DNA from: Octopus bimaculoides
Lineage: Eukaryota
Assembly: GCF_001194135.2 (NCBI RefSeq)
Contig: NC_068991.1
Location: 6,454,616 to 6,518,615 of the forward strand
Direction: 5' to 3'
DNA: 64,000 nucleotides
Below are positions 12,165-26,042 of this stretch, piece by piece (the stretch's first letter is position 1; the number at the start of each line of letters is the position of its first letter). Below the pieces are notes generated by a model. It searched no databases. It saw only the letters and a program-made list of their open reading frames with translations, and was not told where the DNA came from. The position numbers and the translations under genes were made by a program.

Positions 12165-15100
12165 ATGGCTGACCGGCATGATTTACCCTACCAAGCTGAG
12201 TACGCAAAAAGTAACCGTTCTACTTGCAAAGCATGCAAAACTGGCATCAAACAAGGCAATCTTAGAATGGCAGTTATGGTTCAGGTGCGTAGCTAATATG
12301 ATTTTGTTTGTTTTTCTTCGTTTTTCGTCATGTTTAACAACAACTCGTTGCGGAATCGAGCTGCCGGTTTTCTCAAGATGATGCCGATGTATGTTTCATT
12401 TGTATAATTTCTCCGCTGTTTTTAAAACGCAAACGTTAAAAAAAACATTCTGAGATATATATCTGTCCTTTATATATCTTAAATTCTAAATAAAACACGA
12501 TAGTATATTCTTGATAAAACACAGCTTCTTATCCAAAGTCCTGGTTGTTTCTTTTTTTTTTCATGAAGCCTTAAACAATAATATTATGATCCGAATGTTT
12601 TTATTATTTTCATATTTAAATTAAATTTATAAGACGTAGTTGACGTAAGAATAAAATGCCCGTTAGAATATTCATATTAGAAACTTTGACCGTTGTGGGT
12701 GTTCCTTTTCTTTTGTGTAGGGGCTGTGGGGTTTGTATTTGCTTCACCGATCCCACGTGTCTTTTATTTGGTGCTTCATGTTGACCAGAATTTCTCCCAA
12801 CCTCAACAACTTATCTCCTGTTCTATTTCAGTCTCGTTGTTTCGTTAATGTTTCCATTAATGCTGAAGCCTGACCAGTGTCTGCTATATATATATATATA
12901 TATATATATATAGATAGATATATAGATACACAGGCATAGCGAGTTATATATAAACTCGTTATCTACCTATATATGTGTGTGGGTGCAGCTATTTAGTAAT
13001 CCACCTTTTTCCATAACGATTCACTTGACTTGCTGGAAATAGCAGCCAAATGTCCATAAAATCAGATCCTATCGTTTTCGGAAGGAACGTATTTCATACT
13101 GTCATTCTCGTTACACAATCACTTAAAGAATGACTGGAATGGTCGTGGCTGGAACGCCATTAATCATTGAATTAGACCTGTCTAAACAACAATCGACTCG
13201 TTTTAACTTTTTTTTTGTTTTTTTTTTCTAATGTTTTTCCCTTGGCTTGAGTAAACGTCTAATTATTCATAATTGATAATAATTAAATGTTTATAGTCTA
13301 TTTATTACAGTAATCGAGGAAAATATATTGGAATTTAATTTGTACGGTGTTTAAGTGTATTTCGAAACAGGTTAAAAAAAAAGAAAATCAAGTTGTTTTT
13401 GACAGCATAACCTGTCAAACATTTTCCCGCCAAATAATGTTGGGGGATGTTTTTCTGTCAATCGATGACCCCTTATTAATAATTTTATTACAAACTTAAT
13501 GAATTGTTAAACGAGCCAACATTGCTGTTTTGAATTTATTGTGATACATGTTGTGTGACCTACATATTGAAATATCTTGTTACTATTCATGGTATTTAAA
13601 AATCAAAATAATGAATGAATGAATGAATATTTACAGAACGTTATGAAACTTGAATATTAAATATTTTTATTATTATTATTATGTATTCAAAAATATATAT
13701 TCTATTAAATCTACCTTAATGTAAGATTGATTTTATTAAAAGAAAGAAGGTCAACATGACCTGCACTATTTATTGATTTTTAACCGTTTTACGTTCTATT
13801 CTTCCTTTAGATATTTTTATTTTTGATTTCTATTTCGGTAATGTCAGATATTAGGCATTTTTGTTTCTTAAAAATATGATTTTGTTTAAATGTAAGTTTT
13901 GTTGAGAACATTTCATCAACGTTTGCAAACTGAATATTAATTTTATTTGATCGCAATCCGCCCTCTTACGTGCCTACAGCTTGTCACATATTTGTTGTTA
14001 CATTGTAGTTTAAATTAGAATGTCGTTAGGCCTCTGGTAACTAAATGTAGCATTTCGTCAGACCCCTGGTTACTAAAATTAGGATTTCGTTAGGCCTGGT
14101 AACTAAAGCTAGTATTTCGTCAAATCTCTGGTTACCAAAATTAGGATTTCGTCAGAGCTCTGGCTACTAAAATTAGGATTTCATCAGATCTCTGGTTATT
14201 AAACTTAGGATTTCGTTAGGTCTGGTAACTAAAGCTAGTATTTCGTTAAACCTCTGGTTACTAAAATTAGGATTTTAGACCTTCGGTTACTAAACTTGGG
14301 ATTTCATCTGGCCTCTGGTTACTAAAATTAGCATTTCGTTATGTCTCTTGGTAGTTAATAATCGAACATTTCGTTAAACTTATGATTAAAAGTATTCTAG
14401 CCATGATTACATCTCGAGGTATGTAGGCAATGTTATTGAAGTGAACATTGTGAATCATCATCGAAATACTAAATTCTAGCACCTCAACCTGTTAAAGTTT
14501 GGGTTTAAAGGCCACAGTTATGTCGTTGTGACTTCGTATAAAATGTGATTAGTTAAATCGGCACTATCATGCTATTAGCTGTCAGAAGTGAAAGTACTCA
14601 CTGCTAGTGAAGTATCTGTCTGTATGCCTGCATGCCTGTTGCTGTGTCCGTCTGTCTGTCTGCCTGCTGGTTTGAGTTGATACTTTGGCTTACTTACTGA
14701 TATCTATCTACTATCTATCTATCTATCTATCTATCAATCACTCGTCCACCTTATTAGAAAACACAAATTTAATATAAAAACATATTTCCTGAAATTGCAA
14801 ATTATTTAAAATATAAAAATATAATTTTCAACAGAGAGAATTTATCAAAATAGAAAACAAATGAAGTTTGAAGTTTAAAAATAATAGGATCGACCACTCA
14901 CGACTAGCTAGCGCGGACGCGAGTACCCTTATACTCTGTGTTTTCAAACGCATGGATATAGGTGTCAAATTTGTTCCAATAACTTTCGAGTAATAGATAG
15001 ATAGATAGAGAGAGAGAGAGACAGACAGACATATAGCTCGCTCCGGCCAGTCATGGTATTAGCTGTCAGCAGCCAAAGAATCGACAGGCCAGCAACAGGC

Positions 15101-18100
15101 ATGCAGGCAGACAGACAGATACTTCACTAGCAGTGAGCACTTTCACTTCTGACAGCTAATAGCATGAACACAAGATAAAGATCTACAAAATGAAAGACAA
15201 ACTATTTTTAGTAACCTTTTTACTACAGAAATTAGATATACCCACTCAAGATTTCAGTATTATTTTAACTGTACGAAGCAGTTGAGCAATGTCATGTTTG
15301 TAATTATTTTTTGTTAAGAGATGTCAACTTCATTGAGGCAACGTGACTTGCAGAAAATACCAATTTTAGTTTTTAGCATCATTACTGAAATAACCATGAA
15401 ATGTAATTTCGCTGTGAAAGTGTTAAAAGTCGGTTGTCTTCCACTTTTTAAGCCATTTGTACAGACCCGTGACTCGAAACGAACGATATTTTAAGTTTTA
15501 TTCAATTTTCAGTTCCGCTCACACACATCATTAAAGTGAAACTTAGCTTGAGGCTGCAAAAAGATGAAAAAGGATGCGGAAGAAATAGACTATAAAAAGT
15601 ACCACAAAAAAAAAAAAAAGATTTCAGTTCAAAATTCTAAAGATCATCAAAGTGAAAACTTAAAAGTCGAGTACCTAAAAGTAACAAATGACTATTTTAA
15701 AAGAAACCAATTCAGGTGGGATACGTAACTCTTTCTTTTTTGAGATGATGAAAATTTAAATAAATATTGTTATATCATCATCATCATCTTTTAACGTCCG
15801 CTTTCCATGCTAGCATGGGTTGGACGATTTGACTGAGGACTGGCGAACCAGATGGCTACACCAAGCTCCAATTTGATTTGGCAGAGTTTCTACAGCTGGA
15901 TGCCCTTCCTAACGCCAACCACTCCGAGAGTGTAGTGGGTGCTTTTACGTGCCACCGGCACGACGGCCAGTCAGGCGGTACTGGCACCGGCCATGCCCAA
16001 AAGGGTGTTTTTTACGTGCCACCCCAACAAGAGCCAGTCCAGCGGCACTATATTTATTTTTTTGGCCAAAATAAACATACGCACAATATATTCGTTCTTC
16101 GCTTGTATATTATTGTTCTCTTTTTTTTAATTTTATGTCCATTGTTTTGAAATCTTTCAAACATTTGTGTCCTCAGCGACTCTTATAACATCCACGTGTT
16201 TCCTTCATGTCGCTGAAGTGGTCACATGACGAAAGATTTCCAGACAATGGACATAAGATAACAAGAACAATAATAAACGAGTGAAGAACAATATACACTC
16301 TTTTACTTATTTCAGTCATTTGACTGCGGCCATGCTGGAGTACTGCCTTTAGTCGAGCAAATCGACCCCAGAGCTTATTCTTTGTAAGCCTAGTACTTAT
16401 TCTATTGTTTTCTTTCGTCGAACCGCTAAGTTACGGGGACGTAAACACACCAGCATCGGTTGTCAAGCGATGTTGGGGGGACAAACACAGACATACAAAC
16501 ATATACATATATATATACATATACGACGGGCTTCTTTCAGTTTCCGTCTACCAATTCCACTCACAAGGCTTTGGTTGGCCCGAGGCTATATAGTAAGACA
16601 CTTGCCCAAGGTGTCAGTCACGCAGTGGGACTGAACCCAGCACGATGTGGTTGTTAAGCAAGCTCCTTACCTCACAGCCAGTCTTTATTTTAGTAAAAAA
16701 ACAAAACCATCCTGAAATATATCTGTTTCAACACATGATTTCACATCAGGAATTTTGCAAAATAAATTCATAAACGACTTAAATAAATAAAAAAATTACT
16801 GACATCTCGTTTACAAGCATTTGCTTAATCAGATCTTCCTAAACTGGAACCTTAAACTGATTTATTTTTCACTGTAGAATTTGGAAAATTTAGCATATAA
16901 TATTAGCAGAAGGGAAGCTATGAGGCAGGTTTACTTAGCCAGAGGAGAAGCAGATAAAAAGTTTGTCATTGTTCTGCTTCGTGAGGACCAGAGACTTGAA
17001 GTGTTTCGAATATATGTACTGAAGTTGATTTGTTTGATTAAGCAAATCAAAGCTCTGGGTGCTCCAGCATGGCTGTAGTCCTAGTTCCGGTACACTTTAT
17101 GATTAACATTCTTCTTAAAGGAATATCAGGTGACATTACCTTGAGGCCAGACTATTTGCAATATAATGTTAGTTCAAAAGGCAGGCAGAGGCTCTTAAAA
17201 TGTGAAAGCTATAATCAGTGTAAATGAAAAAAAATTGTTCAAATTCTTATCTAACTCTGAACAGTGAATCTCATTCTCTGTGGTGTGAATTGTTTCACTA
17301 AACAATTTAACTCTTTTGTTGCCATATTTCTGTTGAAATATACTGCTTTCAGTGAGTTTTAAAAAATAATGAAAAATTTGTCACTCATAAACTGGTATTT
17401 GGAACATAAATGAACATGAAATTTTGATGGTGAATTTTAATTTAAATGCTTTTAAAACAAGAACTTTGTGTCATAGGACCTGGGACAGTTTCAGGTGGGT
17501 TGATATCAAAAGAGTTAATGCACAAGGTTTGTATTAAAGAATTCAGGTTGGTTGGTTGGTAGCAAAAGTGTTAGAATGAGCAAATTAGATAGAAATGTCT
17601 TCTGAAGTAAGACAATCTGCAATGATAAACAGACTAATGGGTTTGTGAAGAGGGATATGTTTTCCATATGGAATTAAACCAGCTAGTACTATGGTTAGGG
17701 ATTAGTGCCAATGTCTGAAGTTTTCAATCTTGTTGACTTCCTGGGGCACGAGAAATAAAAAAAAAATAAATGGTAAGAAGCTTGCTTCCCCATCACATGG
17801 TTCTGGGTTCAGTCCCACTGCATGACACCTTGGGCAAGTGTCTTCTATAGCCTCAGGCCGACCAAAGCCTTGTGAGTGGATTTGGTAAATAGAAACTGAA
17901 AGAAGCCTGTTGTGTGTGTGTGTGTGTATTTGTCTATGTGCTTGTGTTTGTCTCCCCAGCCATCGCTTGACAACTGATGTTGGTGTGTTTCTTGTAACTT
18001 TGACAATATCACTTTTTTTTCTCTTTTCAGTCACCTGTATTTGATGGAAAGGTAAGTTAATCTTTTTATTTGTCAATATGTATTTTCATAAGGTGGCGAG

Positions 18101-21100
18101 TTGGCAGAAATGTTAGTACGCTGGGCAAAATGCTTAGCGATATTTTGTCTTACGTCCTGGGTTCAAATTCCGTCAAGATCGATTTTGCCTTTCATCTTTT
18201 TGGGGTCAATAAATTAAGTACCAGTTGCGTATTGGGGTCGAGCTAATCGACTAGACTCTCCTCCCCCAAATTTTGGGCCTTGTGCCTAGAGTAGAAAAGA
18301 GTACATATTTTCATGAAAAAAATACTTCGTTTTCCTCAACAGAATTTTAATTTTTTTATATTTCATTGCAAATTCAGTACAATGATATATATAGTTATGA
18401 AGGCTTGGATGTGTGGTATTTGTATTAAGATTGGAATATGGACACTTCAGTGTGGGTAGTCTCAGGTAGCCACCAGTGTATATGTCCATCAGGTTTAATT
18501 AATAAAGTGCAATGTGTGTGTGTGTGTGTCTCGCTCTTTCTCTCTCTCCTCTCTCTCACTCCTATCTGTATGCATGTATATATTTCTGCATGTCTACCTG
18601 TTGTGATGTGGTGGCTTGTGTGCCCCAATGGCCTTGAGACTCATGTCAGTAGAGTGCAGGCTCTTTTTAGAGCCTCATATGATGGACCGGTCAAAAGGAT
18701 AGAGGCCAAACTAGTATGGATCACTCCTTTCGTCATCGTCATCATTATTTAGTTTCCGTTTTCCATGTTACCATGGATTAGACGGTTTGACTGGAGCTGG
18801 TAAGCTGGAGAGCTGCACCAGAGTCCACTCTGATTTTGGCTTGGTTTCTATGGCTGAATGCCTTTCTTGATGCCCACCACTGCAAGAGTGTAGTGAGTGC
18901 CTTCTATGTGTCACCCGAAGTAAAAAGGGGTTTGCTTAGGATTAACCTCCTGACCTACAAAAAAAAAACAAATTTTGCAGAATCATTGATGGCAATTCAA
19001 AACCAAGACCTGGGAGATGACAGACCACTGTTGAGAACAGTAGAGAAAAGTTGTCAATGGGTTATACTGAAAAGGGAGTGAAGGACAGGTAGATATTAAA
19101 ATGGTCAAAGTAATTTTTCACTTGAAAAAAAAAAAATTAAAGTTTCCAAGTTGAGTTTTAGTTTTGAAACAAATGTTCTTTATATTGGTTTGTTTAGGTG
19201 CCAAACTGGTTCCATTTTGCCTGTTTCTGGAAGAGATCCCGTGTTTCTAATCATCAAGAAATACACAACTTTGACTCGTTACGTTGGGAAGACCAAAAAA
19301 ATATCAAAGACAAAATAGCAGGTATGAATAGTAAATTGTAATCTCTGTTTCTCTCTCCTCTCTTTTTATTTGTAAGTGTATATTTCTGCATGTATGTCTA
19401 TGTCTGTCTGTCTTCTGTGCCCAAAAAGTGCTGTTACCAAAACGGGCTGAATGACCAATCTTCCATGCCAAATTTTCAGCATCCAAACAGCTGTACCCTG
19501 TCATCTCATTTTGTTGTTATTGGGCGGCCCTTATTGTTCTCATCCCCAGTAAAAGGAAATAATTTTATTTATATTTAAAACGTCTATTCCTCTGACAACG
19601 GAGCTCCAATTTGTTTTCTTTGAACAACAATAGGATAATGTGTCCCATGTTCTTAACTCTCTTAGGTAACAAGGATCCCTCCCCTGCAATGATATCAGAG
19701 GTGGTTGAAGATTAGAATAATTAAAACACAGTCTACCTAGAAAAAATGTGCCACCTAAAAAAGCACTTGTGCTGGTGTCACCTAAAAAAGCACTTGTGCT
19801 GGTGTCACCTAAAAAAACACTTGTGCTGGTGCCACCTAAAAAAGCACTCGTGCTGGTGCCACATAAATAGTGCTCATGTTGGTGCTGTGTAAAAGCACTC
19901 AGTAGATTCTATAAAGTGGTTGGCGGAATTTGAACTCAGAACGTAAAGACAGACAAAATACCGCTAAGCATTTCGCCCGGCATGCTAACGATTCTGCCAG
20001 CTCGTCACCTTGAAATGATGATGATATTGAATGACTAACGATTTCATACTATTTTGTTAATTTCTAATTCAATAATACAGACATGTATTTGTTTTTCGAA
20101 GGGTAAAGTATAAGAAAATAAAGGTGTGTAGCCTGGTAGTCAGGGTGTTGCATTCATGATAACAAGATTGTGGTTTCAGTTTCTGAACTGGGCAGTGCAG
20201 TGTGTTGTTGAGCAAAACACTTCATTCCCCATCGCTTCAGTACATTCAGCTGTAAATGGCTAGCCCTATGATTGACTAGCATCCCATTCACTGGGAATGT
20301 GGGGACCTTAGTCACCTATATGGCATGCTAAATGGGTCACTGGCCCTGTGAGTCCTTGGTTTCGAGGTAGTAAAGTCCAGATGTTGATTATAAGTATAAA
20401 ATAATGTCTTCTTGCTAATTTCTTTCTCTTGTTGTTGTTCTTGCAGGTGGGAGTGGTGGAATTAATGAGAAAAGTGCTGCGGCTGGTGGCTCCGGACCTG
20501 CTGTTAGTGATTTCAAAGCTGAGTATGCGAAATCAAACCGGAGCAAGTGTCGAGACTGTGAAGAGAAAATAGATAAAGTAAATAATTTTGTTTACATTTA
20601 AAAATCAAGTCTTTGGGATAAATGTTTGGCATTTTTGAACAGTAAAATCTAGTACTGCTTGCTTGCATCAAAGGTGATGGCAGTATTGATCCATGACATT
20701 TGCTCTTCCTCCACCTCCAGAATATTGTTTCTTGTAGGAGCAGATGTAGCTGACGAGACTGATATGAGATAGGCAAACCCTGTGGCATGAGGGCACTGAA
20801 AGTGACCTTAAACAACATCCACAGAGGGTTGATGACTACGTCTCCTCTCTTCATGCAGTCTTCTGCGTTTGGTTTCAAAGCACTCTACTTCAGCATCACA
20901 CATGGACCTCCATGCATTCCAATTAACGTCCAGGGGCTCTAAATGATTGGGAGGGACACCACCTAAAATGAGAGACTGCTCAAGATGATCATGATAAGAA
21001 AGTTTTCCACAAGGCCTACTTTCAGTCTTGATCTTACTGAAGAGGACCATATTTTGTGGGGCAGTTTACCTGGCATCCAAATCACATGGCATGGCCAGCC

Positions 21101-24100
21101 CTGCTATGATTGTGTTAATTCATCACCATTATGGAATGACATTTTAGAGTAAGTGTGAGAGCTTAGCTCTGGTTAGTTTCAACATAAAACTAGTAGAATA
21201 TTTGGACTGGGTACGGCTAGTTTAAATGATAAAGGTTTAAGCCACTCCAGCTGTGCCCATCCCTGTTTATTTTCAGCTAATGCATCTAACTATATTAGCT
21301 AATGTCTCCTTCCTTTTTTTTTTTTAAATAAAATGTAGTTTGAGGAAACCTATGCTACTATTTCTAGCAGGTCATGTGACCACATCAATACTTTCTCTTA
21401 TTGACTGTTTCATATTTTTAGTTGTGTGTTCGAGTTTTCTTTTTTTTTTTTTGCTTGTTAAAATCTCTGCAATAACCTGTTGCAAGCACAAATTGAATTA
21501 TCTTCTTTTGCATTAATTTATGGTACTTGTAGGATGTTTTACGCATATCAAAGAAAGATTTTGTGAGTGAAAGGGCAAAGATGTGTGGCCCACATGACAC
21601 CTGGTACCATGTTGACTGTTTTGTTAAAAGCCGTGATGTACTGGAATTTGGAGACAAGGGTGTTGATGAGTAAGTATTAATCATAAAGTCATCAATGGTT
21701 TCAAATTTTGATATTAGGTGAGCAAATTTGAGGGGAGGGAGTAAGACGACTACACCATTCATGGAGTTCAGCTGGAATTTATTTTCTTGCCCGCAAAAGA
21801 ATGAAAGGCAAAGTGGACCTCAGAGGGATTTGAACTCGGAATGTAAAGAACTGGAGGACGTGCTGCAGACGAAATGCCTCTAAGCATTTCGTACAGCATG
21901 CTAACAATTCTGCGGTGGTGGTGCAGCAGCAGCAGCAGCAGCTGCTGCAGGCAGGCAGGCAGGCAGTGGCTCTCATGGCTTCTGATTTTAACTGATTGGA
22001 AGTGTTATCGTGTATATGTTTTGTCTTGGTATAAAAGATGGGCTACAGCAAATATTTTGCTCAATACCACAGATTTGCTTGTCAGTTGTTTGACCGTAAC
22101 CATTGGAACATGTCCCTTTGTGGCTGACGATATGTGCATCTCTTGGGCAAGTGTCTTTTACGATAGCCCCAGGCCTACCCAAGTCTGTTGAGTGGATTTT
22201 GGAAGATGGAAACTGAAAGAACCTTGTCATATGTCTGGCCCATGCAAACCTGGAAAAGTGGACACCACCATTTGACAACTGGTGTTGGTTTGTTTACATC
22301 CCTGTAACTTACAGTTTGGCAAAAGATACCAAGACAAGTACCAGACTTAGAAATAAATTCTTAGGTCAATTTGTTTGACTAAATCTTTCAAGGTGGTGCT
22401 GTAGCATGGCCACAGTCCAATGACAGATAATAAAAGGTGAGTGTTTTCTTGCAGTTTCTGTTGACTAAACTCTAATGGCTTCGCTTCTTCTTTTCAGCAT
22501 TGTAGGTTACAAAACCCTGAAGAAGGAAGATCAAAAGGAATTGGTGGAGAAACTGGGCAAAGGGACCAGTGCCAGTAGGTAAGCTTCTTGTTTGTGTTTT
22601 CCCTATCCTTAGCTGCTCCTGAGAATAGTCTACATCAGAGCTACTCAAAGTGGTGGTCCACGGACCGGCATCGGTCCGTGAGCCATCAGCTGCCGGTACG
22701 TGGTGAGTTTCCAGAAAAAAAAGAAACATAAAATGCTTACGAAATATTGTATTATTTGTTTAAAGTAAAAGTGTTGGTGTTAGGAAGAACATCTACCTGT
22801 AGAAACCTTGCGAAAGCAGTCACTGGAACACAATGGGGTCCATCAAACCCTGTCAAACTGTCCAGCACATGCCAGCATAGAACTTGGATGCTTAATAATG
22901 ATGCTGATGTAAATGGAGTAGTCTGTTACTGCCATCCATGTTTGCAGAAATGAGAAAATAAATACATTAGATGCTTTGACATTCATTTAAAATTTAAATT
23001 ACAGAGAAAAAAAAAACCCCAAAAAATCATGAAATTTTTTTAAAGAATTTTTGCCAGAGAAGTATAAGTATTTGAAATAATTAAATTAGTCATCCATAAT
23101 TTTAATTTGTAGCCAGAAGAGAAAGGAAGAAGACAAATCTAAAGCAGAAGCCAAGAAACCCAAAAAAGAAACAGAAGAAGAGAAACAATTGAAGGTTTGT
23201 TGGTTGTATTTGTTTGTTCTGCTGAATGTCTTGTCTTTTGTTAATTGTAGTTCAAGTCCATCGTAATTTTTCTGTTGCTTAGAATTATTATATGTTTATA
23301 TTCTTTTCTACTTTAGGTACAAGGCTTGAAATTTTGGGGGAGGGGGCCAGTTGATTAGATCGACCCAGTATGCAACTGGTACTTAATTTATTGACCCCGA
23401 AAGGATGAAAGGCAAAGTCGACCTTTCTGGAGTTGATAAAATAAATACCAGTTGAGCACTGGGACTCCCTGATAATTGACTCCCTCAAAATTTCATGTCT
23501 TGTGTCTACAGCAGAAAGGATTATTACATGATAGATAGTATTAAATGCCAGTGTTTAAACTTTGTGTATTATTGAAGTTAATTATTTCACTAAACTCCAT
23601 ATGTTTACAGCTTGTTAGATTGTATATTTGAAATAAACAATATTTAATTGAAGCAGTCACTAATGATTTGTATGTTCTCATTAAGGTACAAAACAAACTA
23701 TTGTGGGGATTCCGGGATAAATTAGAGAAAGAAGTCTCTGTTGAAGCTCTGAAAGTTTTATTGGAGTTAAATGAACAGGCAGTAACCTCAGGTGAGAGTA
23801 AGGTGAGTGTTCCTTTTCATGTTTACAGTTCCTTCTTTTAACTCTTCGGCATTCACATTACTCTGTCAAATGTAATGTTTATTCATTCACATTGTCTTGA
23901 ATTAATCACGGGATTATCTCATAGCTTTGAGATTTTTATGATGTGATTGTTTTATTTTTAGAATTACATTGTAAAGTAGGTATGAGAAGATTTGGGCCAG
24001 ATATGCTGGTTTAAATACTTTTCTCAAGATACAGTATATGTGAAGCATTACATAATCTTGTAATAATTTAGGGTCCTATAATTTAATATAGCTTAGTCAT

Positions 24101-25954
24101 AATTTTCTTAATGTTTTTATATTCTCTTGGAATAACTGTGTTTAAAGTATGCTTTCATATGGTGTTCAACCCTTTGCCGTGATATACAGGATATAGCTCC
24201 CTGGTGTCCATGCATCATATATATTACACATTCCAAATCTTTGTTCATCCACCACAGTAACTTGGAACTTATGAAAGAAAAGCTTTACAGTTGTGGCCAA
24301 AAGTTTGGAACATGGGTCTGAACATAAGAAATTTTATATTAAGTGCCCAAATATATATGTTGTATATATGTGAATTGTACTTAGGCATAATCATCATCAT
24401 CATCATCATCATCGTTTAACGTCTGCTTTCCATGCTAGCATGAGTTTGATGATTTGACTGAGGACTGGTGAACCAGATGGCTACACCAGGCTCCAATCTG
24501 ATTTGGCAGAGTTTCTACAGCTGGATGCCCTTCCTAACACCAACCACTCCGAGAGTGTAGTGGGTGCTTTTACGTGCCACCGGCACGAGGGCCAGTCACG
24601 CGGTACTGGCAACGAACTCACTTGAATGTCTTTTCACGTGCCACTGGCACAAGTGCCAGGAAGGCGATGTTGGTAACGGTCACGCTCAAATGGTGCTATT
24701 TACGTGCCACTGGCACGGAAGCCAGACAGCTGGTGCTCTGGCAACGATCACTGTTCCAAACTTTTTGCCTTGACTATATATTACTAAGAATGTGTCAACC
24801 AAAAACTAACTAAAAGTCTCAACACAAACATTGACATTTAGGACAAACTTATGAAAATGCTTTGGAGTGGCAGTGGGTAAATTTATTGGTAAAACTTAAA
24901 TAGTTGTATGATGGATGCATTTATGCTTTGCACTGTAATCATTTTAAAGTTTTATTTTGAAAAAAGTATCTTAATTTGACTCTTCATCTTCAGTTATTAG
25001 ATGCTGTTTCTGACTGTATGGTGTTTGGTGCCCTCGCAAAATGCCCGGAGTGTCCTGAAGGAAAACTTACATTCAAGTATGATTAACTGGTTACAGTTTT
25101 AATACTTTAAATTTATTTTTTTTAAACACATATTTACTTATCTGTACATAAAAAATTTTCACTTGGAAGATTTTAAAAAAGCTTTAAACGGAAAAATTTT
25201 CATTGTTAACTGGAATATGCTTGAGGAAATTTGTAGATAATCATTCAGTTATCTCTTATGTAAACTATTTTATAAGGTCTGTAGTCGTTTTGTGATTTAA
25301 GAGTTTGCTAGTGGTATATTTTGCCTTTCTCAAAGCATGTCCAACCAGAATTAATCTGTGTGTAAAATGCTATCTGCTGAGATAGTCAGGACTCTTGCAA
25401 TTCTTTGTTTTTTCCCTTTTAGGAGTGATGGTTACCGGTGTACAGGAAATATAACAAGTTGGACGAAATGTTCCTATGTCACACGCACACCTAAACGTAA
25501 AGCATTTAAGATTCCATCGGAATATCATGATGCAGATGTCTTGTAAGTTGGTTTTTTCATTATGTTCTGTTTTCATCATCATCATCATCATCGTTTAACG
25601 TCCGCATTCCATGCTAGCATGGGTTGGACGACTTGACTGAGGACTGGTGAAACCGGATGGCAACACCAGGCTCCAATCTAAATTTGGCAGAGTTTCTACA
25701 GCTGGATGCCCTTCCTAACGTTTTGTTTATAATTAATTTCTTTTCACTTTTTTGGTCATGTCTGGAGTTTTTTTAGACCAGAATTGTATGCTCAATTAGT
25801 TATTTAACAAATTTGTAATTATGCGAGTATCTGACTAGTATTGTACTTAGAAGCATACGCCGCTATATATATATACAAATCCAAAAAATGGAACAAGAAC
25901 ACAACAGATGACAATAAAACATTCTGACAGATGATACAAAGATGGACAGGGAAA

Positions 25955-26042
<88 letters not shown>

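Noticed and set aside
16600-16679. tRNA-like A/B boxes at many SINE heads
   Set aside because: They run directly into SINE bodies and do not form a full cloverleaf; not called as tRNA genes.
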